From IMG/VR virus record IMGVR_UViG_3300030102_001767, positions 1 to 59,109 of that record: a stretch of 59,109 nucleotides of DNA. One strand, given 5' to 3'. The notes beneath the pieces are model-generated. The model did not search any database. It was not told where the DNA came from and saw nothing but the letters and a program-made list of their open reading frames with translations. Origin of the DNA: a virus (lineage: Duplodnaviria; Caudoviricetes). The translations under genes and the position numbers were made by a program. Below, piece after piece: positions 39,000 to 50,160 of the stretch (position 1 is the first letter of the stretch; the number at the start of each line of letters is the position of its first letter).

Positions 39000-41900
39000 A
39001 TGCCTCAGTTTACCCTACCAAATGGTAAAATCTTAGATTTACCTGAAAATATTTCTGAAGAACAAAAATCTGATTTAAGAACAAAGTTAGCAGAAGATTT
39101 TCCTGATGAATACGGAGAATCATTTACTGCTGATGGAGATGACACCACGATATTAGGAACAGTAGCTGAAACAGTAAAAGCTGTTCCTAGAGGTTTTATG
39201 CAAGGACTTGGAATGACAGCAGAAGGTCTTCTAAGTTTAGGTGGTATGGATGATGACAATCCAATATTAGACGCAGTTCAAGATTACACAGAAAGTTGGA
39301 ATACAGAAGGCCCTTTTGCAGTTGGAGAAGGTTACGAAGATGCATGGCTAGTAAAAGCTGGTGCTGGTTTAGGTAATGTAGGTTCTTTTTTTGCTCCAGC
39401 ATTATTATCTGGAGGAACAAGTCTTGCAGCCTCTGCTTTAGGAACAGCAGGAAGAACAGGAAAAGCACTAGACCTTGTATCAAAAGGATTACAAGCACAA
39501 AAGTTTGGTATTCCTGTTTCTGCTGTACCTTTAGCTGTTGGTATGGGTGCTTCTGAACAGTTAGATTATAGAGAAATGGCTAGACAAAAAGGTATGGACA
39601 TAAGTGGTTCAGAACAATTTTTGTCAAAATTAGCTGGTGGAACAATAGGCTTAACAGAATTAGCTCCTTTATGGAGAATATTTAGAAAAATACCTAAATC
39701 AGCAGAAGGTAAAGCATTAGTTAACGATACACTAACAAAGTTATTAGGTACTGAACAAAGAGGTTATTTAGCTGGTAGTGTAGGTGGTCAAGCATTTGCA
39801 GAAGGTATGCAAGAAGCTGGTGCTGGTTTGTTACAAAGAGCTGTAGCTAAAGGTCTTTATGATCCTACATTAGATGTTGGAGAAAGTATTTTTGATGAGT
39901 TTACTATAGGAGGTGCTGTAGGTGGAACTGTTGACTTACTTTCAGAAGTAATGTTTCCAAGAAGCAAATATAGAAAAGGTTTTGGTCCAGATGGCAAAGC
40001 TATAGAGGTAACTTATAATGAAAAAGAATCAACCGAAGAGCAAAACATATTAGCTTCTGAACAAGAAAGAATAGGAAAAAAGAAACAAAAGAAACAACAT
40101 AAAATACATAGAGAAGATATTTTAAATTTAACTCCTATTGTTGAGCCAGGAAGAAATGGATTTAATATTATAGATAAAAATACAAATAGAATAATAGAAT
40201 CAACTAATCAAGAAGCAGATGCTATAAATAAAACTAATAAACTTAGAAGAGAAATAAAAGACGCAAGAAGAATGGCTCAGGTATCTAAAGATGCCAACGA
40301 ATTAGGTGTTGTTGGAAACTCTACAGATCAATCAATATTAATACAAACATCTGCTCCTGAATATTCATCTATAAGTAAAACAGAACTAGCTCAAAATTTA
40401 GACGAAAATCCAAAAGGAAAAAATGGTAAACAAATTAGAGATGATTTAAGTAAAAAATTACAAAAAAGAGCAGGAAAATTAAAAGATTCAAACAGAAAAC
40501 TTTTATTAACAAAAGAAACTATAGATTTTGAAGATGCTTTAAAATATAAATTATTTCCAAATAAAAAAAGTATTGATTTATTTTTTGGTAGAAGAGCTGA
40601 AGCTGCTGATAAAATTCAAGGAAAAAGAGCTTTAAAAAACGCAAGAAATAAAAACGGAAATATAACAATAGAATCTATAAATAAAATTCTTAAAGCAAAA
40701 AATTTAACATCTACAACTAACTCTCCAGAGTTTAAAGAATATGCTAAAAAAATTGTTGGTACTAAAGACTTTTCTAAAATGACATTAGGTCAAAAACAAT
40801 TACTTGTTGTTAGATTACAAGATATACCAAGAAGATTATCACCAGCACCTATGACAGATGTTTCTAATGTAATTCAAGGTAAAGAAAGACTTAACAAAGA
40901 ACCTTTAAGAAAACTATTAGCAGATGATGCAGATACTAGAGTTGATTTAAATACTCCAAAAGAATATTCAAGAAAAGAAATAAAAGATATTTCTGGAACT
41001 TCTGGAGCAGAAACAACTCAACTAATAGATAGATTATTAAAAAGTAAAAGATTAACAAAAAAGAACAATAATAAATATGTATTTTTTGATGGCAGTTTAA
41101 AATTAAAAAATGGACAACCAGTTCAAACAGAAGATTTTTTCCAAAAATATATGTATGAAAATGGAAGTTCTTTTATGGAATCTCCACAAGATTACGCCAG
41201 CAGATTAGCTAAATTAAAACTTAGCAATGGATCACCTATGTTCAATGATATTAATGAAATGAACAGTATGGTTGAAAGCGAGTTTAAGAGAAGAAGAGTA
41301 AATCAAGTAAGTCTTGAAGAAATGCAATCTAACGATTTAAGACAAAGATTAATTGCTGCTAATATGGCAGGAGAAGCACCTCAGTCTGTTCAAAGAACTC
41401 CAGAAGAAATCATAATAAGAGAAAGACAAGCTATTAGGATTCAAAAAGAAATAGATAAAAAATTAAAAAAACTTGTTAGTGGAAAACAAGAATTACAAGT
41501 TGCTATTTCACCTATAATGAGAAGTGAAAATAAATTTAAAAAATTTGGAGAGCTTTCTCCAGAAGTTGAAGGTTCTTATATTAAAAGTTTAAATACTATA
41601 TTTTTAAATGTAGAATCTGTTGATCCTGATTTAAATAAAAGCCAAGAAGATATAGAAGCGTCTTTATCAAGTGTTTTAGATCACGAAATTATTCATGCTT
41701 TAGTTGATTTAAATTTATTTACAGATAAAGAATTATCTAATCTTAATAGGTATGCAAGTAACACACTTGTTCCTAAATCTTATGATGAATTATCAGCAGA
41801 AAAAAAAGAAACATTTGTTCAAAGAGCTGCAAGAATTAATCCAAATTTAAGAACAAATCCAGAAGCAATACAAGAAGAAGCTGTAGCAGAAATGTATAGG

Positions 41901-44900
41901 GCTTGGTCTCAAGATAATAAATCAGTTACTGGTCAGCCAAGAAGTTTATTACAAAGGATATTAGATTTCTTTACAGGTATTATAGATGGACTAAAAGGAG
42001 CTGGGTTTAATTCAGCAGAAACATATGATGCTATTGCTTTATCTATTAGTGAAGGAGAAATAGGTAAAAGAAAAAATAATGAAGATGTTGTAGAAACAAT
42101 AGTTGGAGCAATAGAAGAAGGAGAAAAAGAAGTTCCAGATGATGAAGAAGACAGAAGAATAGAAACAACAACAGAAAGATTATTTACAGAAAGAGAAACA
42201 CCTGGATTACTTCCTTCAGATGAAATTGTTTATTCAATTTCTCCAGTTAAAGCTCCAGGGCCAAACGCTGAAACATATGAATATTTAAATCAAACAAGCA
42301 TAGGTTATCCTATTGTTTCTAATGATAAAGTTACAAGAGAGCTTGTAAGAATTTACGAACAAATGAGAAAGAATGGAACTGAAGGTCAGTTTGGTCAAAG
42401 ACAAGTAGAATCTGTTTTTAAAGAAATGAAAGTTGATTTACCAGATGGTATTAATATTCCAAACATAGACACCCTTCGTGAAAGAATTGTAAAAAGTTAT
42501 AATGAAGACAATGACTCTCATTGGTATAAAAGATTTGGTAGATTAATTGAATCAGAGATAGGTTCAGCAAATATGGTAGAATTTTCTACTGTTTTAGCTA
42601 TTACATCAGGACAAAATGCTGTTGATTCTAATCTTATTCAAACATTAGACACAATGATGGAAATAAGAAAAATTAAAAAAGAATTAGGTAAATTACCATC
42701 AGAAGCTGCACTAACAAAAAGATTAAAAGAAAATGCTATATACAATGGGCAACAAGCTAAATCAGTTGCTAAAATGTATTTAGAAGGTAACTGGAATACA
42801 TCAGATATAGGTTATGCAAAAACTCCTACTTTTGCTAGAAGTATGTTTGCTGGCACTCAAGGAGAATTTTTTCCTTTTGGTACTATGGATATTCATATGA
42901 TGAGAGCTTACGGATTTGAACCTGTATATCCTCAGACAATTAAATCTGGAAAAAATAAAGGAAGACCTCACAAACAAGCTGGTCAATTAAGAGATATACC
43001 TACAGCTAACGAACAATCTGTAATGCAGTTTTTAAATACTGTTTTATCAACTCAGGCTTACGAAACAAAAGATGGGAAAAGTTCTTTTGCTCCAGATGAA
43101 ATACAGGCTTTAGGTTGGTTTGAACAAAGAAGAAGAACGACTGACGCAGATCAATTTGGTGATGCTACTATAGATGGTTTGTTTGCAACACCAAAGGTAG
43201 CTAGGTCTGTAAGAGATTTAAAAGAAATGAAAGAAAATGAAGATTTTAATATCAACATTCCTTTGGATGAAGGTTTAAGTAGTATTAATGATATTTTATT
43301 TAAAGGAAGAGATAATTTTTTAGGTTGGAATGGTAATTTAGACCCATTGTATTATATACATCAGGCAGTAGCACCGACTATTGTTGTTTCACCTAATGTT
43401 GGTGTTGATACATTAGGTATGACAGAAGGATTAACTTTAGAACAATCAGAAGATTTAAGTGATAGAATATTTAATTCAATTACAAATGATCATCTTGGAA
43501 GACCTCAAATAACATTTTTAAATGATTTATCTATTCCACATGAAATAAGAAAAACTTATGGTGGATGGAATGGTGTAATAGAACCTAGCTATATTATAAC
43601 ATTTCCATCATTAAGATATGATACAGATGAGATTACTTCTATTGCTCAAATTCTTGGTTCTGCTTTAAGACAAGACGCTACAGTAATTGCACAACCAAAT
43701 TATAGTGGTGATTATAAAGGTATTATAGTAAGAAAACAAAATGGAGAGCCAATAACTAGAGAAGACTCTATAGCTTTAGCTGAAAATTTAAGTTTTGAAG
43801 GTAATCCTTTAGGGTTTACATTAGAAATGATACCAGAAGACAATAGTGTATTTTTTATGGATGATGCTAGTTTTGGTCTTAAAACTAAAACAGAAAGAGA
43901 TCAAAGAGCCTCTGAGTTTGCTGCTTTCTTAAAAGAAAATGTTGGCAATATATTAGGAACAGATGTAGAATTAAATTCATTCAATACAGAAGGAGATTAT
44001 CTTGACAGAGAAGCAGGAGATTACAGAGGAAGAGACAATAGACCAACGCCTTTTGAGGGAATCAGGCGTTACGCCAGTGTCACAAAATCATCCAATTTAC
44101 AAACGGCCGCCTTCAATACGCTTTTTGAACCGATTGAACGACAAATCAGAGACTTCTTCGAGTTAGAACAAATTCCTATACCTTCTAAAGGTATATCAGC
44201 ATTAAAAGACCCATTATCAGCTTTAGAATCAAAACAAGATGCTGATAATTTTGAGATAGAAAAAGCTAAATTAGAACTAGAACAAGCCAATATATCTATA
44301 AGTCCGGGTGGTATTCCTCCATACAGTCTTAGAAATGCTTCCAATACAGCTATAGAAACTGCTAACAGAATGTTAAATTCTGATACATTTATATACGATA
44401 AAAAAATAGATGACGATTACAAAGAAAGTAGAAAAGCAGAAAAATTAGATTTTAACAATTATGGAACTCCATTTAAATCACCACCTTTTAAAGAAGATCA
44501 AGAAATACATTGGGCTAGAAAGATGTTAGATACCCTTACAGTTCCGTTTTTTAGTTTAATTGGTAAAGGAAGTTACGCAGAAAATAAAGAAAACACATAT
44601 CTTGGAGCAGAGATATTTAATAATATGAGAGGAAAAATTGTAGACAGACATGATGGCCAAAGAAAAGCTGCTCAGAAAATTTATACATGGTTAAAAGAAG
44701 AAGGAAAAGATGAAGAAGCAGAAAAGTTAATAAGAGCTGATACAAGTGCCGAAGCTGCATCAACTTTTGCTGATAGATCAAGAGCTTTTCTAGGAGATTC
44801 AATAAAAAAAGGTGGTATTTATCAATTTGTAGATGGTAAAGGAAACATAACAAATGATTGGAGAAACGGAAGTACAGCAGTAGTACCAGTAACACTAGAA

Positions 44901-47330
44901 GATGGTTCTAGTGCTAGTTTTTTAGATTTAATGGCTCTTCTTCATCAAGAAGTTACAAACGAAGATGGTTCTAAAAAAACTATTTCATTAGAACAAGACT
45001 TTGCTAATTACATGATACATAGAAGAATAAAATCATTACAAGAAAATGATTTGTTTGATGAATCAGAGCTAAAAGAACAATTAGAAAATAATAATATGTT
45101 GAAAAACTTTTTAGATAATGATGATTATTTTAAAATGTTAACAAACGATAAACCTACAATAGAAAAAGCAGCTGATATTTATGACGCTTTAAACGATCAA
45201 GTTATTGATTATGCTATAACAACAAATCTTTTAAATAAAGAACAGGGAGCTTTATTTAAGCAACTAGCATCCTTCTATCCATTCTACAGAGAATACGAAA
45301 GTGTAGATAATCCAGGGTATGGTATTTTTAATACAGATGAAATTAATGGTCAGAGAGATGTATTTGATACACCAGTAGACGCAACTAATTTACAAGGTGA
45401 GTTTCAAAATCCAATAGAGGCTATGTTAAAAAATTGGTTATCTATTGTATCTGCTGGTCAAAAAAATGTAGCAAGATTAAGAACTATTGAAATGTTAGAG
45501 CTTGGTAGAAAAGCTGGAGAAGGAAAAGAAGATAACGTAGAAAATATGGTAATACCTTTAGGAACTAGAAAAGGTATGAAAGAAAAAATAGAAAAAGGTA
45601 TTGAGGTAAATGGTCAGCGTGTACCTATGGATGTTACAAAAATAATGACGGCTAAAGTAAATGGTGAAGAAAATTTATTTTATGTTGATGACCCATCTAT
45701 AATTTATTCTTTTGAAAATTTAGGAGAACCAGCTTTAAACGGCTTCCTTCAATTTGTCGGTATGCCTTCAGGTCTTTTAAGAGAAATGGTAACAAGAGAC
45801 CCTGCTTTTATTATGGTTAACATGATGAGAGATACTTTATCAGCTTATGCTACCTCTGGAAGCGATATAACGCCCTTTTTAGACACAATTAAAGGTTTTA
45901 CATCAGATATATCAGATTTAGAAAGATTTGGCGTGGTGGGCGGTTATGACCTTGCTGGAGACCCTAAAGATATTATGAGGTTTATGAATAAACAATTAAG
46001 AAATATGGGTAGAGATAAGAATGGAGGTCTTACTCCAGATAATTTATTTATAAAAGCATGGGATGGTTTAGGTAATCTTACAACTCGTTCTGATGCAGCT
46101 ACAAGACAAGCAGTTTATCAAGATGTATTGAAAAAAACAGGCAGTCACATAGAGGCTGCATTTCAAGCATTAGAAATAATTAACTTTAATAGAAGAGGTG
46201 GCAATCCTTTATTTAAAGTTGTAACAACAGCGATACCATTTCTTAATGCAAGAATACAGGGTTTAGATGTTTTATACAGAGCTGGTGCAGGTCAATACTC
46301 TGCTAATATAGAAGACAGACTATCTCCTGAAACTAAAAAATTACTACAAAAAGCATCTGCAAGAAGGTTTTACACAAGAATAGTAACTTTAATGGGAATT
46401 ACAGCTCTTTATTGGCTTATGGTTAGTGATTCTGAAGAATATGAAGAATTAAATGCTAAAAAAGAAGTAAGAGATGATAACTGGATTATACCTATGGGAG
46501 ATAGATATAGCTTTAAAATACCTATTCCTTTTGAAGTAGGTGTTATAACAAAAGTTTTACCAGAAAGACTTCTTAATCTAATGCTTGGTGATGATAATTT
46601 TAGAGAATTTAGAGACGCTATGTTTAGACAAGCTGAAACAACATTTAAAGTTAATCCTTTTAATTGGCAAATTGTAGCTCCTTTACAAGAAGCATTTAAT
46701 AACAAAAGTAAATTTACTGGTAGAGAAATTGTTCCTTACTGGATGTTATCAAGTAGAATACCAGAAGAAAGATTTAGTGAAAATACATCTTTATGGGCTA
46801 GGTCTCTTGGAGCTGCTTTAAATATTTCTCCTTTAAAAATAGATCATGTTGCTAGAGGATACTTAGGAACTCTTGGAAGTTATGGTCTTCAAGCTACTGA
46901 TATAGTTTCAAGAAGTGCTTTAGGAGAACCTCAAATTCCATTAGGATTTCACAATAGTCCTTTTGTAAAAAGATTTGTAACTGACAGTGTTTATGGTGGT
47001 GGTTTAGTGCAAGACTTTTACACAATGAGAGGTGAATTAGATAGATTAATTGGAACAATGAATAAGTTAAGAAAAGAAGGAAGACTTGAAGAAGTTGAAG
47101 CACTTATGCAAAGCTATGGTGACCTTTATAGAAACAAAGGTAGACTAAGATGGATAGAAAGATATTTAAGTAAATGGAGAAATAGAAGAAACTTTGTTAT
47201 GAGAGATAAAACTATTGACTCTTCTACTAGGAAAGATTTAATAGAACAAATGAACCTTGAGAGGGATCGTGTTTTAATGGAAGTTCCAAAAATTAAAGCT
47301 ATGGTAGGATCACCTTTTGGGGAATTATGA
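39000..47330 (+). CDS. giant polyvalent virion/ejection protein with zincin HExxH domain and LPD38-like C-terminus
   Basis: 2776 aa; Gly/Ala hydrophobic N-terminus; LDHEIIHAL...EEAVAE; C-terminal INFNRRG...IPFLNARIQG...RDDNWIIP...KIPIPFEVG...SPLKIDHVARGYLGTLG. Confidence 0.75.
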   Translation: MPQFTLPNGKILDLPENISEEQKSDLRTKLAEDFPDEYGESFTADGDDTTILGTVAETVKAVPRGFMQGLGMTAEGLLSLGGMDDDNPILDAVQDYTESWNTEGPFAVGEGYEDAWLVKAGAGLGNVGSFFAPALLSGGTSLAASALGTAGRTGKALDLVSKGLQAQKFGIPVSAVPLAVGMGASEQLDYREMARQKGMDISGSEQFLSKLAGGTIGLTELAPLWRIFRKIPKSAEGKALVNDTLTKLLGTEQRGYLAGSVGGQAFAEGMQEAGAGLLQRAVAKGLYDPTLDVGESIFDEFTIGGAVGGTVDLLSEVMFPRSKYRKGFGPDGKAIEVTYNEKESTEEQNILASEQERIGKKKQKKQHKIHREDILNLTPIVEPGRNGFNIIDKNTNRIIESTNQEADAINKTNKLRREIKDARRMAQVSKDANELGVVGNSTDQSILIQTSAPEYSSISKTELAQNLDENPKGKNGKQIRDDLSKKLQKRAGKLKDSNRKLLLTKETIDFEDALKYKLFPNKKSIDLFFGRRAEAADKIQGKRALKNARNKNGNITIESINKILKAKNLTSTTNSPEFKEYAKKIVGTKDFSKMTLGQKQLLVVRLQDIPRRLSPAPMTDVSNVIQGKERLNKEPLRKLLADDADTRVDLNTPKEYSRKEIKDISGTSGAETTQLIDRLLKSKRLTKKNNNKYVFFDGSLKLKNGQPVQTEDFFQKYMYENGSSFMESPQDYASRLAKLKLSNGSPMFNDINEMNSMVESEFKRRRVNQVSLEEMQSNDLRQRLIAANMAGEAPQSVQRTPEEIIIRERQAIRIQKEIDKKLKKLVSGKQELQVAISPIMRSENKFKKFGELSPEVEGSYIKSLNTIFLNVESVDPDLNKSQEDIEASLSSVLDHEIIHALVDLNLFTDKELSNLNRYASNTLVPKSYDELSAEKKETFVQRAARINPNLRTNPEAIQEEAVAEMYRAWSQDNKSVTGQPRSLLQRILDFFTGIIDGLKGAGFNSAETYDAIALSISEGEIGKRKNNEDVVETIVGAIEEGEKEVPDDEEDRRIETTTERLFTERETPGLLPSDEIVYSISPVKAPGPNAETYEYLNQTSIGYPIVSNDKVTRELVRIYEQMRKNGTEGQFGQRQVESVFKEMKVDLPDGINIPNIDTLRERIVKSYNEDNDSHWYKRFGRLIESEIGSANMVEFSTVLAITSGQNAVDSNLIQTLDTMMEIRKIKKELGKLPSEAALTKRLKENAIYNGQQAKSVAKMYLEGNWNTSDIGYAKTPTFARSMFAGTQGEFFPFGTMDIHMMRAYGFEPVYPQTIKSGKNKGRPHKQAGQLRDIPTANEQSVMQFLNTVLSTQAYETKDGKSSFAPDEIQALGWFEQRRRTTDADQFGDATIDGLFATPKVARSVRDLKEMKENEDFNINIPLDEGLSSINDILFKGRDNFLGWNGNLDPLYYIHQAVAPTIVVSPNVGVDTLGMTEGLTLEQSEDLSDRIFNSITNDHLGRPQITFLNDLSIPHEIRKTYGGWNGVIEPSYIITFPSLRYDTDEITSIAQILGSALRQDATVIAQPNYSGDYKGIIVRKQNGEPITREDSIALAENLSFEGNPLGFTLEMIPEDNSVFFMDDASFGLKTKTERDQRASEFAAFLKENVGNILGTDVELNSFNTEGDYLDREAGDYRGRDNRPTPFEGIRRYASVTKSSNLQTAAFNTLFEPIERQIRDFFELEQIPIPSKGISALKDPLSALESKQDADNFEIEKAKLELEQANISISPGGIPPYSLRNASNTAIETANRMLNSDTFIYDKKIDDDYKESRKAEKLDFNNYGTPFKSPPFKEDQEIHWARKMLDTLTVPFFSLIGKGSYAENKENTYLGAEIFNNMRGKIVDRHDGQRKAAQKIYTWLKEEGKDEEAEKLIRADTSAEAASTFADRSRAFLGDSIKKGGIYQFVDGKGNITNDWRNGSTAVVPVTLEDGSSASFLDLMALLHQEVTNEDGSKKTISLEQDFANYMIHRRIKSLQENDLFDESELKEQLENNNMLKNFLDNDDYFKMLTNDKPTIEKAADIYDALNDQVIDYAITTNLLNKEQGALFKQLASFYPFYREYESVDNPGYGIFNTDEINGQRDVFDTPVDATNLQGEFQNPIEAMLKNWLSIVSAGQKNVARLRTIEMLELGRKAGEGKEDNVENMVIPLGTRKGMKEKIEKGIEVNGQRVPMDVTKIMTAKVNGEENLFYVDDPSIIYSFENLGEPALNGFLQFVGMPSGLLREMVTRDPAFIMVNMMRDTLSAYATSGSDITPFLDTIKGFTSDISDLERFGVVGGYDLAGDPKDIMRFMNKQLRNMGRDKNGGLTPDNLFIKAWDGLGNLTTRSDAATRQAVYQDVLKKTGSHIEAAFQALEIINFNRRGGNPLFKVVTTAIPFLNARIQGLDVLYRAGAGQYSANIEDRLSPETKKLLQKASARRFYTRIVTLMGITALYWLMVSDSEEYEELNAKKEVRDDNWIIPMGDRYSFKIPIPFEVGVITKVLPERLLNLMLGDDNFREFRDAMFRQAETTFKVNPFNWQIVAPLQEAFNNKSKFTGREIVPYWMLSSRIPEERFSENTSLWARSLGAALNISPLKIDHVARGYLGTLGSYGLQATDIVSRSALGEPQIPLGFHNSPFVKRFVTDSVYGGGLVQDFYTMRGELDRLIGTMNKLRKEGRLEEVEALMQSYGDLYRNKGRLRWIERYLSKWRNRRNFVMRDKTIDSSTRKDLIEQMNLERDRVLMEVPKIKAMVGSPFGEL

Positions 47331-48289
47331 TAAAAGAATTAGTAAAAGAATCATTAATAATAGTTGTTAGTTTATCTTTAGTTACTACATTGTTAGTAAT
47401 AAATCCATTAAGTGCTGAGGATTCAAACATAACAAATACAACTACGACTACATCGACTGTTACTAGTAATAATACCAATACCAATAACAATACCAATGTA
47501 AATCAAAGCACTAGCACCTCAACAAATACAAATCTTAATACTAATAATACGACAATTAATTCAACGACTAATTCTACTGCAACAAATACTAACAACAATA
47601 CTTCTGTTGTAACAAGCACTGTTAATCAAACACAAAATGTTAACAACACCTCTTTAATAACTAACAACTCTACATCAGAAAATACCAACTTTAATACCAC
47701 TAATTCAACAAGTTCTAACACAAATACTAACAACAATGTTTCAACATCAAGTTCCGATGTTACAACAAATAACCAAAATTTTAACACCAACAACAACACT
47801 TCACAAAATGTGAACACAAATAACTCAACAAGCAATAGTTCACAAAAAGTAACACAAAGAGTTAAATCTCCTCCCCCAAGTGCCGTGGCCCCTTCCATAA
47901 TGTCATATAGTCAAGACTTGTGCACCACAGGAGCTAGTTCAGCAGTTCAAACTCAGTTCTTTGGTATATCATCTGGTAGAAGTGTACGAGACGATAACTG
48001 CGAAAGACTAAAATTATCAAAAGGTTTATATGACATGGGAATGAAGGTAGCTGCAGTTGCTTTACTTTGTGAAGATTCTCGTGTGTGGCGTTCAATGATG
48101 CAAGCTGGCAGCCCCTGTCCGTATAAAGGTAAGATAGGTGAAGAAGCTCGTATAGCATGGGAACAAAACCCACACGAAAGACCAGACTGGGAAGAGGTAA
48201 AGAAAGAACTTACCGGGTATGAAATAAAAGCGTATCGTAAAGGCGACTTCTGTAAAAAATATCCTAAGCACAAGATATGTTCAGGCTAA
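47327..48289 (+). CDS. exported Asn/Thr/Ser-rich protein with Cys-rich C-terminal domain
   Basis: N-terminal signal/TM segment; long N/T/S tract; SPPPSAVAPS...C...DDNCERLK...GMKVAAVALLC...AGSPCP. Confidence 0.75.
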   Translation: MIKELVKESLIIVVSLSLVTTLLVINPLSAEDSNITNTTTTTSTVTSNNTNTNNNTNVNQSTSTSTNTNLNTNNTTINSTTNSTATNTNNNTSVVTSTVNQTQNVNNTSLITNNSTSENTNFNTTNSTSSNTNTNNNVSTSSSDVTTNNQNFNTNNNTSQNVNTNNSTSNSSQKVTQRVKSPPPSAVAPSIMSYSQDLCTTGASSAVQTQFFGISSGRSVRDDNCERLKLSKGLYDMGMKVAAVALLCEDSRVWRSMMQAGSPCPYKGKIGEEARIAWEQNPHERPDWEEVKKELTGYEIKAYRKGDFCKKYPKHKICSG

Positions 48290-50160
48290 TAACACTATTA
48301 TTTTTAACCACATCTGCATGGGCAACAGACCCTACCTTTACTGTTGGTACAGAAAGCATAATAAATATACAAAACTCAGGCACAGCTCTCAATCTTGGAG
48401 ACGATTCGATGAGTGGAATGAAAGATATTGGTTTTGATTTTACTTTTTATGACCAAACTTTTGACCAAGTAAATATATCTATGAACGGATTCTTTACCTT
48501 TCAGTCAAACTTTAATGTATCAAGACAAAGAAATTACTTATCAGAAACGCTACCAGCAAGTTCGTTCAATTACAGTGTTTTTCCAATGTGGACTGATTTA
48601 ATTAATAGGAACGGCACTCGAAATCCTTATATTCAGACATTTGGTAATACATCTGATACAGACCAGTATTTTGTTATAGGATGGTACAACGCAAAAGAAT
48701 ACAGCAATCAATTACAAAATACTTTTGAAGCTATTCTATACGAAGGCACAAACGCAATAGAATTTCGTTACGATAAAATACAAGTTCGCTCACATAATAT
48801 AACCATAGGAGTTCAAGGCAATAACGAAGCAACAACTTATTTACGTTATTTAGATAATAATAACACGACATATATTGAAACAGATGACTTTAGTCTTACT
48901 ACAGCAGATGTTGTAGATGAATCGTTTAGTAATCTTTCCTCTGAATGTTTAGTAGACTCTTCTTACTCAGAACTTTGTGATGTGTATGACTTAACAAATA
49001 ATTTTGAGGATGATGACTTTCTTTATGGTGTGGATGAAGATATAATATTTGGCTATGACCAAGATGAAACAATATATGGATATAGCATGGGTGAAGATGA
49101 ATTTACTTTCACCTCTACATCTATTTCTGATGATGATAACTTTTGGGGTGACGATGATTATAATAATGATAGCACTATTATCATTTACGATATTGAACCT
49201 GATGAAGAGTATCAACTAGAAGATGACACATTATTTATACATATTGATAGTGAGTATGATATTGAGTTTGTGGATGCTCTCCCGGACTTGGAAGAAATTG
49301 AAATAATAGAATTAATAGAAGATATTGTTGTAGAAGAGTTTGATATTTTTGAAGAAAGAATAGAAGAAGATTTTCTTGTTTTTGTAGAAGAAGAAATAAT
49401 TGAAGAACTGTTTGATGAAGAAGAAGCAATAGAACAAGAAGAAGAAGAATTAGAAGAAGCCATTGATGAGATAAGCCCAGAAGAAGTAAAAGAAGAAAGA
49501 TCAGAGCAAAGAAGAAGTATGATAGTAACAAGAAATGTAGTATCAAATCTTGTTACAAGTGTAATAAGAAATAGTTATTCTAGTTCAAACAGCAATCAAA
49601 ATTCAGTATCTGGAAATTCTATTAATGTTTCTAATACATCAAATACAAATATAAACTCACCAACTGTTTCTAATCAGATAGCAAGTCAACAAGTGGAAAC
49701 AAACAATGTTTTACAATCTATTGAAATTATACCCATGCCTTCCATGGACAACACACCATCAACTTTAATGGCAGAAGTTCAGGTAACTACCATGGAAAAT
49801 CAAATAGAAAGTGTTACCTCTTCTGTAATGACATCATCTGAAGCTGATCAAGTAGCAGAACAAATTATTTCTCAAAACATAGAAAATCAACAAGAACAAA
49901 ATCAAATATCAGAAAGTGAAACAGGACAATACAATGAACAAGGACAAGCTAATCTAATAGGGTTTATGGGTTACTCTGCTGGATTTAATAAATATCAAAA
50001 AATGGATATACCTGATAACGATACTTGGTACGAACCAAAAATTATATATGCAAATATAGTTTTAAATGATAATGTAGATGTATATTATGATTTAGTAGGA
50101 ACTAATTTAGACCAACAATCAAATATAATAGGTACACAGAACATGGAGTTTTTTAGATGA
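48277..50160 (+). CDS. exported NIDO-like domain protein with acidic linker
   Basis: Signal peptide; LGDD...IGFDFTFY...ISMNGF...PMWTDL...NTFEAILY; long Asp/Glu tract. Confidence 0.7.
   Translation: MFRLITLLFLTTSAWATDPTFTVGTESIINIQNSGTALNLGDDSMSGMKDIGFDFTFYDQTFDQVNISMNGFFTFQSNFNVSRQRNYLSETLPASSFNYSVFPMWTDLINRNGTRNPYIQTFGNTSDTDQYFVIGWYNAKEYSNQLQNTFEAILYEGTNAIEFRYDKIQVRSHNITIGVQGNNEATTYLRYLDNNNTTYIETDDFSLTTADVVDESFSNLSSECLVDSSYSELCDVYDLTNNFEDDDFLYGVDEDIIFGYDQDETIYGYSMGEDEFTFTSTSISDDDNFWGDDDYNNDSTIIIYDIEPDEEYQLEDDTLFIHIDSEYDIEFVDALPDLEEIEIIELIEDIVVEEFDIFEERIEEDFLVFVEEEIIEELFDEEEAIEQEEEELEEAIDEISPEEVKEERSEQRRSMIVTRNVVSNLVTSVIRNSYSSSNSNQNSVSGNSINVSNTSNTNINSPTVSNQIASQQVETNNVLQSIEIIPMPSMDNTPSTLMAEVQVTTMENQIESVTSSVMTSSEADQVAEQIISQNIENQQEQNQISESETGQYNEQGQANLIGFMGYSAGFNKYQKMDIPDNDTWYEPKIIYANIVLNDNVDVYYDLVGTNLDQQSNIIGTQNMEFFR

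Noticed and set aside
47440-47840. Non-coding repeat array
   Set aside because: The low complexity is explained by Asn/Thr/Ser codons in an intact ORF, with no fixed repeat period.
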